Assembly: GCA_964035545.1 (NCBI GenBank)
Contig: OZ037768.1
Coordinates: forward strand, 3,690,741-3,754,740
Source: Bugula neritina
Lineage: Eukaryota > Animalia > Bryozoa
DNA: 64,000 bases
Reading direction: 5' to 3'
Every line of letters begins with the position of its first letter. The stretch's first letter is position 1. A program made the position numbers and the translations under genes. This document shows positions 23,101-35,647 of this stretch, in pieces. Below the pieces are notes generated by a model that was not told the origin of the DNA, made no database searches, and was given only the letters and a program-made list of their open reading frames with translations.

Positions 23101-26100
23101 GATTCTACACAGTATATTGTATGTGGTTAGGTGCGAAGAGTTGGCCAGCCTACTCAATGACTGCAAGCAGCAGGTTATGAAACTACAGATGTTGGAGGGA
23201 GAAATCAAGTCAGATGGTCACAGTACTTGTACAGTAGAGGAGTTGGACAAGGAGTTACGATCCCTTCTCAACATTCTACTCCGAAAGTAAACCGAACCTC
23301 TAATACTACATTCAATGCGCTGACTTAGCAGCTGACTTAGCAGCTGAGAGTACAGTTACTTTGTTAACTAAAACATTAAGAGTTTGTAAACTGTGCTCAT
23401 GTTTTCTGTAGCTCCTTTGTGGTGGACAGACAACCCCCGCAGGTCATCAGGAAAGACGCAAAGTTCACGGCTAATGTACGTCTGCTTGTTGGTCACAAAC
23501 TCAACGTCTTCATGAGCATGCCCACTGTAGAGGCATCCATTATTAGGTATTCCATCATGTTTCTGTTCTAAAGAGGAGTTGCAATAGTATACTACAGTTT
23601 ACTGTATAAGAATAAATATTCTTTCAAATTATATGCTACAGTATTTTCATTTATATTAGGCATTTTTATTTTGTTTTTTAATAACAATGTTATATGCAGA
23701 TATAAAATGTATCAGCTATTGTTTATTGACCTGTGTAATATTGTGTGAGGGTATCATTTGTGTGACAGAATGGCCTTCACCTTTGTGTCATGTGATCACT
23801 TTATTGCGCTATAGAAGTATGAAACAAGCAAATCTTGTTTAACTTCAACTTTTAAAGATAGTTTAATCGAACTTTTTTCACCTAATTTTATCAAACTTAG
23901 AATGTCAAATTTTGTTATGTTTTCCAATATTTCACTGTGTGTTGTGTGTGTGACTGCAGTGAGCCTCAAGCAAGAAGAATTGTGAGTGATGGCTGCATCG
24001 GGGATAACATGGAGAATGCGGGAGATATCCTGAATAACAAGGGTACAATGGAGTACACTCCGGGTCAAGGTCAAATGTCCATTGCATTTAGAAACATGCA
24101 GTTGAAGAAAATCAAAAGAGCCGATCGGAAAGGGCAAGAAGTAAGTTAAAATAACTTACACAGTATTTCCGGTGAAAGCTACACTTTAGATAGTCTGAGG
24201 GCCCAAGCGTCTCACAGGTAGGTTGCGGGGAGGGGGAGGGGCAAACATCTTACACACTTGCAATTTTTATTGTGGTTGTAATTTGACTTAGTCTTATGCC
24301 TTATGATATATACACACTGGCTTTTAAAGCCACAATTGATAAAAATCTGTTGATAAACCTCTCACTCATTTTCTTTACTCTGAGCCTAAGACTATTGCTT
24401 GCTTTGCTTTTCAATAGTCAAAATTCCACTCAACTACTTTCAACAATTGATAAGATTTTGTTATGAAACTTCAGACAGTTTTAATAATTGGTTAACCTGA
24501 CATCACATGACTCAGTTTGCTCTGATGACACCAGAACCTGTAGTGTTCACCTGTAGGCATCACCTGTAGGCATCACCTGTAGGGTCCACCTGTAGGCATC
24601 ACCTGTAGAGTTCACCTGTAGAGTTCACCTGTGCTGCCATTGATGGGTTAGACTGCTACTGCTACTTTATGGTTTCTAATTTCAGGCATAATTATTTCCT
24701 GATCTTCTCTGTTGTAGCTTGTGGTTGAAGAAAAGTTTTGCATTTTATTCCGTGCTATGATTCAAGCTGATAAAAAGTATGAAACTTGGGTGAGTGTTGG
24801 AGGATTATCTAAAGCTGCATCTTTTCATTGCAGATTATTGCTGATATTCAGTTGGTACTTTGAGACAGTAAATTCATCACAACTATAGACCCAACACTGG
24901 GTCAGCTTTTGTACTCCAGGGTCTAGCAGTGTAATCAGTTACTTGTGGTTAGATTGTTGTTGTTTTACTGAGTAGTCTGATGTATTTGTTATTACAGACC
25001 ATGTCACTACCTATAGTCGTAACAGTGCACGGCAATCAGGAATGTCAGGCTCAGGCCACTATACTCTGGGACAATGCCTTCTCAGATCCGGTTTGTACTT
25101 CAGCTATTTCACTATCTAATCTGTCAGTTACTAGTAACTACTAGCCTGTCAGTTACTAGTAACTACTAGTCCTTCAGTGCTACTCACTATTCAGTTACTA
25201 GCCTGTCAGTTACTAGTAATTACTAGTCTGTCAGTGCTACTCACTATTCAGTTACTAGCCTGTCAGTTACTATTAACTACTAGCCTGTCAGTGCTGCTCA
25301 CTATTCAGTCACTAGCCTGCCTGTCAGTGCTACTGTTATCTCACTTTCTGTCAGTTATATGCTCTAGTTGTTATAGAGGGATCCCTTGAATTAAGTTTTT
25401 TCTATTTAAATAAAGAAAAGTAAAAAAAGTTGTTGATAGTATTATGACAGCAATAAAAAGTTAAATATAATAGTAACATAACATATTCTGCTAGAACTGT
25501 TTTTCAGTCGCCACTTTTTGTAATGCCCAGTCTTGCCTTATTCTTGTACCAATTTATCACGTGCTGTTGTGTTCTATATATAGAGGAGGATTCCCTTCAC
25601 TGTACCTGACCAAGCTAACTGGACGGATCTCTCTACCCTCCTCTCTTGTTGGTATCATCTCAAGACAGACAAGGGGCTATCTTTTGATCACCTGCAGATA
25701 CTGGCTGCTAAGCTATTTGGTGAGTTGCAATAGTGTGGTTGTGTCTGAAATGTTAATATCGAAGTTCAATAATATATTCAGTATATATGAACATGTACTC
25801 AGCACATTGAAATGCACTTTTATTGTGTAGTCCTAATGATGCTTTAAAAAGTATATAATATACACTTTTAAGACAAGATAAACATGTAAATGTTTTGGGA
25901 AAGTTTCAAAACAACTTTTGTAATTTACACATAAATTCTGCTGTTATATTTTAAGGTGAAAGTAACAACGACTACTCCACGAACGTGGTGAGTAGATCTC
26001 AGTTCCACAAAGACCACCTCCAGCCTGGTAAATGTAACTTCACTCTCTGGGAGTGGATCTACTCTGTGCAGAAGCTGACCAGAGACCATCTCAAGGAGGC

Positions 26101-28406
26101 TTGGGTTGATGGGTACGTCCCCCCTCCCCTTCCTCTCCGTATGCAATCAGTCACACAGCTTTATATAGTATATAATACATTCAGTCAACTGTATATAGTA
26201 TATAACACATTTCTAGGCATATCATGGGCTTTGTCAGCAAGAAGACAGCCCAGGAAATTCTAATGGCTACTCCACCTGGAACATTTCTTCTGCGTTACAG
26301 TGACACCGAGCTGGGTGGAATCAGTATTGTGTACAATGAGCACGTGCCAGGTACTGCAGTGTACATTATTATACTGCTGGCTACATCAGCTTCGTATGCT
26401 ACTGCGTATAGCTCAAATTACATAATGTATTGTTTTTGTTTATTACGTTAGAATAATACAATAATAAAACGATACAGTAATAGCGTATTACATTAATATA
26501 ATAATAAAATAATATAGTGATAACGTAATGTAATTTAATTGAGCTATACAGAGTTTATATATTCAGCAGTATAATAATACAATAATAAAACAAAAAATAA
26601 CAATATAATAATAATGTAATAAACAAAAATATTACATTTGGTAATTTAATATTGTGTTGTTTTATTATTGTAATATTTTTATGCCCCAGGTCAAGACACA
26701 ATGCACGTCTGCAATCTCTGCCCATTCACTGATAAAGATTTCAAGATCAGATCCCTAGCCGACAGAATCAAAGACTTGGACAAACTGTGGACGCTGTATC
26801 CAGCCACCCCTAAAAATGTAGCATTTGGTAAATACTGGTCCAGGAATGTAGATGCAGTCCAGCAGTCAGTACCCGGAGATTATATCCCACACACACTCAG
26901 CATGACTATACCCAAGTTAGTTGTTCTCTATCAGTTGAGAAGATGTAATATTGAAGTTACCTATTTTTTTTGTAAAGTGTTATGAAGCGGTTATACTCAG
27001 CATAGGCATGTTATTGTAGCACCACAACCTTTTCAACTGCTGCAAGGTATGTGTTTGATCTCTCTCCATCTTTTCATATACATCGGTGACTGTTACCCTC
27101 ATATTTCACTCACCTTGCACACAAATTAAGAGTTATGCACTCTATGCATACCTTGAACATTTCCAAGTTAATCGTCACATAGCTCGTTGTTCAAATCTTT
27201 GTCAGGTTCATTTGAATTGCGATAAGTTTTAAAGTCATATTTTGTTAAGAGAAAGTTCCAAACAGATGATGGCTCAAGGTTGTTGGGACGTCTCTCCCCC
27301 TCTCCACCTAAAATTGGTTTTACACATTTCTGGCATCACAAATTTTATATTAAATGATGTTCAAATAGACTAAGTTCACTAAAAAGTCAAGTTCTAAATG
27401 GACACACATTATAAACCTGATGATGACCTAACCTTTACTAACCGACCTTGACATTCTATTTCACTTCTAATGTGATTTACCTTGACCTTAGAATTGTCTC
27501 TTTCATACTTGATTCACTCCTTGCCTAGGCTTGTCTCTTTTAATTTGGTAGTAATTTAGCTACTGTTCTATCTAATACAGTGAGGGTATATAACTGTAGG
27601 CTAATGTTCTCTTAGTCTACTTAGGTTTACATTTTCAAAGCTCAACAAATCTTGTTAACATTGTAGCTGACCAGTGCTCATGGCACAATCTTTAATTCCT
27701 AATTTTATTCCTAATTTTTCCAATTTCAACTTCAGAATGGAATATTTACAAGACAACATTTTACCGAATTATATACAAGTTTAAGGTTATGAGTAGGAGT
27801 TAGACTCTTTTTGCATTAGCAATGGACATTTTGAAAAATATAAGTAATGGGACCTATGCCTCACTCCATTGATTATATAACAATATGTATTTACATATAC
27901 ATCATTTATTCATTTTACTCATTGTAAATAGTAACCTGCTTTGTTTTAGTGCATCTTCTACAGTGAATCCGGCAAATGTAGGCGGCACAACTCCTGATCA
28001 CTTACTCCACCCGCCTCTGTAAGTACTGAATCTTCTTCAAAATATTATCGGTTATCTGTTTAAATATGTCCATTATAATAATTATCATTATAATTATTAT
28101 CAAAATACTGGATTGACGCTCGGTTTAGACAACATAGTTTCATTCAGAGGTAGAAATTACAATTAATACTATAAAAGGAATATTTTATAGAAAAAGTTGT
28201 TGAAATGTAAATGTTGGAGTAAATCAAATTTAACGTGAATTAGCAGTTACACATTACAGTCATCCTGGTGCTGACTTCTCTTTCACAGTTCTGCGAGCAG
28301 CATGGACTTTGAATATCCCGACGACGAGCTAGCCACTTACCTTTCACCTGGCTTCAATCAGAGCGATTTCAACGATGTCCTTGCAGATTTTGTACCCGGA
28401 CCATAA
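17138..28406 (+). CDS. STAT5: Signal transducer and activator of transcription, STAT5-like (about 19 coding exons)
   Basis: N-domain [10 protein letters not shown]...[18 protein letters not shown]; DNA-binding domain [60 protein letters not shown]; SH2 GFVSK...[28 protein letters not shown]; phospho-Tyr GDYIP; acidic C-terminus. Exons from 17138-17265 to 28289-28406 join in frame. Confidence 0.95.
19068..19362. repeat. Intronic minisatellite, 22-bp unit (atacacagtagcacatatacgg)
   Basis: About 13 copies; explains the three overlapping C/V/Y-rich spurious ORFs. Confidence 0.93.
24535..24632. repeat. Intronic 13-bp tandem repeat (catcacctgtagg)
   Basis: About 7 copies, each containing an acceptor-like cctgtag. 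Confidence 0.88.
25120..25355. repeat. Intronic compound repeat (gcctgtcagttactagtaactacta / gtgctactcactattcag)
   Basis: ~60-bp higher-order unit, about 3-4 copies. Confidence 0.85.
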
Positions 28407-29834
28407 GTGGGCCATTAGTGAACCATAAGTGGAAATAATTTTTTTGTGTACGATAGCTTATACCACTGGTTTGAGTAATTTTGTTCTCCTGCTTTCATCA
28501 ATAATTAAAGTTTAAATTGATGATTTGAATGTCATTATTCAAAAGTTTATTCCATAAATTATGCTTTTGGTGTTGATGTATTGTACATTTTACAACTTTG
28601 TATTTAGTGCATCAGTTTTGTTTGAGAAATCCTTTTAAACTTCTAAGATGTATTTCCTAAAAACTTAACTTTTTAATGGTTTGTTTTAAACAATAGCTGG
28701 AAGCTATTTTCTTTTATTATCCATATTTTTCTATACGATTTACTATGTTCTGCCATACATAAATTCATGCTTTTTATTGTCTTATTTTAAATGTGTTGGT
28801 ATTAATTACCGAGAAAGTTTACACACAAATTCTATAATCTGCATTCTGTGCTATATTTGTGAAGCCTAATCAAATTCGAGAAATCTTGCCAGCTAGTAAG
28901 GCTAAATAGTCACTTCCGGTTACATATTATACTCATTTTATCACGAATTTTCTATAAAAATGTATTCCAGCTGTTACTATTTTATTTTGTAAAGTTCTTG
29001 CCAATATCCGCCTGTTTCATCAGTATTTTGTACAAGTAAAGAGTCGTGACGCACATTTTTCTATGTATATCATTTTGTTTTATTTGTATTCATTATTGCT
29101 TATGGCCATAGTTAAATAATTGACCCCCTATGGGTCATAATTGACCCCCTATGGGTTATTATTGTGAATCAATAAACTTGTTTCTTTTATTAATTCACAA
29201 TTAATTGGGACATTCTTGTTATTTTCATGTACAAACAGCATTATTTGTCACAGGAGCATTGAAATATTGAATCTCATAGCTCAAAATAGTATAGGATAGC
29301 ATATAAACCCATATTGTATATTGAGGCAGTGCGTAGGTAAGACATGAATCAGACTGTTACATCTACAACCATAACAGACCCCAGTTAGAAACTGCCTAAA
29401 TAAAGTAGGATGCTTCTACTGCAGCCATTTTCAGCATGCATGCCCAATAAGGTTGGTAGCCATTTGGAATGAAAACTACAATACATACTTCATTAGCTTT
29501 TTCTGCTCTTGCCCCACACATCATGCAAATTAACTAAAGATAAATAAATATTATTGTCAATTATGAATTTTACTGAACACGAAAACTTGTTTGATTGAAC
29601 ATTCCATTACTCATTAGTAACTAAAGACAGCTGAGCATTTATAAAGGAAATGAAGAAATTGGAATCAGTGAGTTGCAGAGATATTTAATTGTTTTGCACC
29701 TAAAAGCATTCTGTGAAAACATTATATTGTGTTATTGTAGTTGCTAAGCAGAAGTGGTACTTGAAATTAAACTCACACCTCATTTTAGTTCTAGTAAAGA
29801 ACAGCTGTCAGTAAATACATGACTTGCTGACTAC

Positions 29835-30310
29835 ATATTATATGCTATGTATTATATATAATGTAATATATTATATGCTATGTATTATATATAATGTAAT
29901 ATTATATGCTATGTATTATATATAATGTAATATATTATATGCTATGTATTATATATAATGTAATATTATATGCTATGTATTATATATAACGTAATATTAT
30001 ATGCTATGTATTATATATAATGTAATATATTATATGCTATGTATTATATATAATGTAATATTATATGCTATGTGTTATATATAATGTAATATATTATATG
30101 CTATGTATTATATATAATGTAATATATTATATGCTATGTATTATATATAATGTAATATATTATATGCTATGTATTATATATAATGTAATATATTATATGC
30201 TATGTATTATATATAATGTAATATTATATGCTATGTATTATATATAATGTAATATATTATATGCTATGTATTATATATAATGTAATATTATATGCTATGT
30301 ATTATATATC
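29835..30310. repeat. AT-rich minisatellite, 31/33-bp unit (tattatatgctatgtattatatataatgtaata)
   Basis: About 14 near-identical copies, decaying into AT-rich sequence to ~30490. Confidence 0.95.
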
Positions 30311-31961
30311 ATGTATTGTAATATATGCTACATATTATATCAATATTAAATGCTATGTAAATTATTATATATAATATATTATAATATATACTATATATAT
30401 TATACATTTTATATATATATATTTTATATTTTATACTATAATATACTATTATGTACTATAATGCATTATCATCTACTATAGTTTATATGCTATATGTACT
30501 TTCTTATAGTATTTATAAGCTTGCATATTTGGGATTTACAAAAATGGTCAGGCGTGTTACTTTTGTTTTTCCTTGGGTGCTTTTGAGCAACACATTATAG
30601 CACTTAAACAAACATGATCATTCGATCCATGTTGCTATTTGAATGAAAATATGTCTTGATTGATTGATCATGGCGCTGCATAAACTAAGAGTTAAATCAG
30701 CAACCTTGTGTACATTAAGTTGTTGCCACAATCAATAACAATGTTGTATAGAACACAACAATGACATTATACATAACATTGGTCACCAAAGCAAGATTAG
30801 TCAAAGTGAACAAATACTATTTACCACGTATTGTTTGGTGTGCATGCTATTTGCAGATGCTAGTGTTACAGTGTTGGGGGTTAACAAGCTGACGTATATG
30901 CAGATATAATAATTAAAGCAGCAATTGGCCATGTAGCATGATTTGTCAGCAGTTGCGAATACAGTGCTATACTGTTGAGGGCATGATTGTGCAAATTAGT
31001 TGTCTTCCAGCAATCTAAATATAATTAGCTAGATTATTTGGGTTGGTCTATTGATTATTCTACTGGATCTGTAAATTGATCCAGAGTAAAATCAGACAAG
31101 CTTTTAACATCAAACTTTACATAAACTTATTTCCGATTTATGTAGCTTCTTTGGAATTGGTGAGTGTTTTATGCTTTGTAGTAGTAAAGTTGTATCTTCC
31201 TTGTTCTTAATGAGTGATTATTGTACATATACCTATACTTGAAATAGTTACTAGAGCGTGTTGGTAGCATATCTCTTTTGTAGTTGTATAGAAATTTAAT
31301 ATTCGCCAGTGTTTATTACTTTAAACTTGTATTTTCATGAGGTAAGAACTTTCTATAGCTGTGGTTTTTCAAAATTATATTATTAGCAAAATATTCTTAA
31401 GTTTCAAACTAGTATACACTCTCATATACGAATATCTAAAGCTGAATTTTTTATATATACATATAATATATTTTATTATTTTGTTCCTTTTATACACTAG
31501 AAAGTAGGTGGTAGATTGCAACCTTTAAGACAGTTTTCTGATATCATTATTTTTAACTTGGAATTCGTTATTTGGACATATTTATACCCAAGCAGCAATC
31601 ATTTTTCAGAAATAAAGCTTTTTTGTGTAGAAAAGCAAGCTATCAGAAATGTTATACCCAAACCATACACTTTGCATAAGATATGCAATGTGTTATGCTT
31701 GCTACTATTAAGGAGCTTGATAAGCAAAATTAACAAAACTGTATTAAAGAAAAAAATGTGTTTGTAATGCTAAATGTTACTAGTATTGCAGACATTTATA
31801 TTATAGGTTGACATCCAGAGAGACTGCCGGATGTAATGTCTATATAGAACAATGAGTTGACTTGGTGGTGTATATTACGTAGTGTATATGTGAACTGTGT
31901 TTCATGAATATAAACTATTGCTGTAGGTATACGGAGAAGAGAAAGAGGCTCATAGACTAAC

Positions 31962-34900
31962 ATGGGTTGCACGGATTCCAAAGTAATCGAAGTGAGCAGT
32001 CAAACAAATGTTAAGCTTCAACAAAAGGTAAGGTGACTTATGTGACACTGTGACAAAGTTTACTCTGTGACACCTCATGACACCTCAAAACTGTGACATT
32101 TCGACAAAGTTAGCGCTACTAGCTGACAGTGTGACATTGTGATACCCTGAAACTGTGATAAGTGACAAAGTGACATTGTGACAGTATGACACTGAGACAT
32201 AAGATGTTAGCTATATACTATACTACATTATTCAATCGCTGTATATGATATTATAGCAGTCAATAAGGTAGAAGTCAATATATGTTGAGATACTCATATT
32301 ACTCACACTACATGTCTAAAGACAAACTATAATGTGTCAAATATGACACAAGAATGTATGCCAAGTGTAGGCAATTTGAGAATTGAATAATTTATATTGT
32401 AAGTAGTTATAAATATAGTTAGCCACTAAATAATGTCTGGCCAAATACTAACCAATGATGTCATGATATAATGAAATTACAATCTTCTAAAAGGAAGCAT
32501 AGAATATAAAAGCAAAAACTTTTCGAATCAAATTAGATGCGATAGCATGTTTGCAAAAGTCTTGCATGTAGCTAAAGCTTTATCAGTGCCTGATGTTTGA
32601 AAGCTTCATAAAGTCTACAATATTACATGCTAAGTTGTTGTCAAATCAAGCTATTGGTTGTTTATACTTTAACATGATTATTGAAAAAGAAAAACATATA
32701 CTCAATAGTTGTAAATTGAAAGTTTGCGTGTGGTACTGACTATATACTAAAATCCAGTACAAATGATCGTACAAAAGGCTCTTTGCATGCCCTAATTATC
32801 TTTCTCAATATTAGTAATTCGTATAATCAATATTGGCTCAGATCAATTCAATAAAACTAAAAGGGAAGAAATCACATGCAATGATTAGCCATTCCATTCT
32901 TAGCAAATAATTTTGTTAGTTGAGCTTGGATAACCTACACATTTATTGACAATGATGAATGTAAGTGTAATCAAATATATATAGTCACATTAGGTTTTTT
33001 AATGGTCTAAATGTTTGGATTCAATTTATAACTTGCTTATATAGGTGCAGTTTGCATTACTTTCTTTCATAGTGCAGTCTTTTGTAAGTGGTCAATAATG
33101 CATTTTGTTTTAAGGAAAGGCTGCATTACTGAGTCACTTTTTAAAAATTATTTACAGTCCCAGAGCAAGGCAGCACCAAATGACAAATCCAAGCCAGATA
33201 CTTACACCGTGAAAGATTTTTTTGATACTGTACTAACTGTACCAGAGACTGATGGGACACCATACAAGCAACCACAACTTCCAAACCACTACATGCAGCA
33301 CGAGATTACTTTTCAAAATGATAATGTCGATAATGAAATTTGGAACAAAAAACTCAAAGTAGACAAAAAATCCAAGGTTTCTAAAGATACAACAAAAAAG
33401 GGCAAAGATGATGAGATTACTTGGCATTATAGAAAACTGCCAAATAGAAAGTACACTGAACCAGAAAATGTGTTCAAAGTGCACATAGAATTCGAGCAAG
33501 GCTCTAAGAAGAAGCAGGTAATGGTAGTGGGAGGTTTGTATCTCGGAAGTGCTGCGGCTAGTCAAGTCAACATATTTGAGCAGATTAATGTGGAGACAAC
33601 TCATTCGCTGGTAATACTAGGTAACCTGTTTGATATGCTGAGTTACGATGCCTTCCATCAGAAGCCTTCTGACATCACTGAGATTGAAACAGCGCTGGCA
33701 GATAGCGAGTCAGTGTTGTCTTCTCTTAGGAAGCTCGCAGAGTCAGTTGATGTGTACTATTTGAGAGGGTCACACGACTTTAAGTTAACAAGAGTGGCCA
33801 TTGAGCGTCTCCTCGGAGATAAAGTGAGATACGTTCAGGAGAAGTATCTGCTGATGTTACTGAAAGTAGAGAATGAATGCTACAGGGTGCGTCTTATGAC
33901 GGGTCAAGAGTGGGATATTCTCAGTTTTAGAGAAGGTTTAAGTGGCAGCCAGCTGCTGGTAGATGAACCAATTGGCAGCTATCTTGCAAGAGCAGCATCA
34001 GCCAATCCAAAGTTTAGCATTTCAGCTCTCATTAGGCCAATCATTTCCAGCATTCCATCAGACTTGTCCGCACAATTCTTACAACAAATTAGTAAGAGAC
34101 CTCTGCAGGACAAGTTAACAGAAAAGATGTTGTTAGCGGCTCTACAGTTGACTCAATCTGAAGACCTCATTGATATAAAGTGTTTAGTGGATGAAGGGAA
34201 ATACATTGGAGTACAGTCGATTGTAGAATATCCCTTCATCAAGTACATATTAGAGCAGGTGAGTGAACAGAGCAAAATAAAGTACTGTGTTGTGGGCGTT
34301 ATTCCTAAGGCTGAGATTATACAAGTCAAATAATCTATTTCCAATATCTTATTTCAAGAAATTGGCCCAGTATTATCTGGGAACCTTTACACTGTCGAGT
34401 GACACATTGTTTGTCCTGGCACTTAGCAACAATCAACATTAGCTTGTTTTAAACTTCAATATTTAATTTGCGTTGTTGCGAAACACTTAATATCACCCTT
34501 GACTTGTCAATGTACTTAGTATTAAACTCATTGTGTCCAATAGTTTCAAAACACTTCTACAGCATAAATTTTAAGCATATAAAGGGAACTATAATTATTC
34601 TTGGTTGTATAGCTCAGTTTAATCTATGAATTTAATCAAAAGAGTAAAACTTGAAAAAACCCACTAATAATAATTTTCAGTCACTTAGTATAGTATTATT
34701 ACTATGGTTACAATAAGTTCTTTGTATTGTGAAGGTGGAAGAAGAAAAGCTGATGTCCATGCTCAAAGCTATGATTGGGGACTACAGCGGGGTTGCCAAA
34801 AGCTTCCAAGAAGATGTCCTTATAGTTGGTATGTGCTACAAAAACTCTAGCTTGCGTGACTAAGGTCAGTTCCTGAGAACTGAATAACTAATCATACCAC

Positions 34901-35261
34901 AAGTGGTGCTAAATAGGGTTTTTCGTCATCATCATAATATAGTGTAATATTTGGGTTTCTGATCATTGATGTTTATTAGTTTATGAATATTCTTTCAGGT
35001 TTAGGAGAAGAGGCTACACTGAGCAAGATACTTACAGATTCGAGCCAAGATATTGTATGCGCTAGCACTGGCAGCTGTAGCCAGAGGTCTGACAAGCTTA
35101 CTACGCTGTGTCTTACATTCCCTAAACAGGGTAGCAACGGAAAGGTAGAGATAATAACTCCTAAGGCTACAGAAACTATCACAGAAAGCACTTCTAGTAG
35201 TCAAGCGCAGAAAACTGAGATGAAGGAAGATGAAGATACAATAAGTGTGGAGAGTTTGTAG
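31962..35261 (+). CDS. Uncharacterised calcineurin-like metallophosphoesterase-fold protein, predicted N-myristoylated/palmitoylated and probably catalytically inactive
   Basis: Exons 31962-32027 (MGCTDSKVIEV...QQK), 33158-34258, 34735-34828 and 34999-35261 join in frame. Ordered degenerate MPP motifs VVGGLYLG, LVILGNLFD, YYLRGSHD, LMTGQEWD, VLIVGLGE, ASTGS. Confidence 0.75.
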
Positions 35262-35647
35262 GTGACGACTAACCTGATGGACAGGGCGCCGAGTGACTTA
35301 CATTTCGAGAATCCTAAACTACTTACAATGAGCACCATTAAGTGGACAGGATATTCAGTAAATGCCATGTTTTATAAACACATAACTGCATTTTGAATAA
35401 TCAATTTATAAATATATAATTTATTGGTATACAAATTATAAAATTTATTAAATATAAAATTGGAAACTTAAATGAAATAATATTCTAAATTTGTGGTCAA
35501 CAATAAAATTTTACTCAGTTGTGTTGTGCAAGTACAATGCGCAGAGTCGGTAAAAGAAACAGTGCAAAACAGTAAAGCAGGTGTTTTTAATGCAGACAGC
35601 ATGATTTGATATAGAACAAGTGACTTTGAATTTAGAGTGACCATCAG

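Noticed and set aside
29835-30310. CRISPR-like array or 60-aa repetitive ORF
   Set aside because: Head-to-tail minisatellite with no unique spacers, in eukaryotic context.
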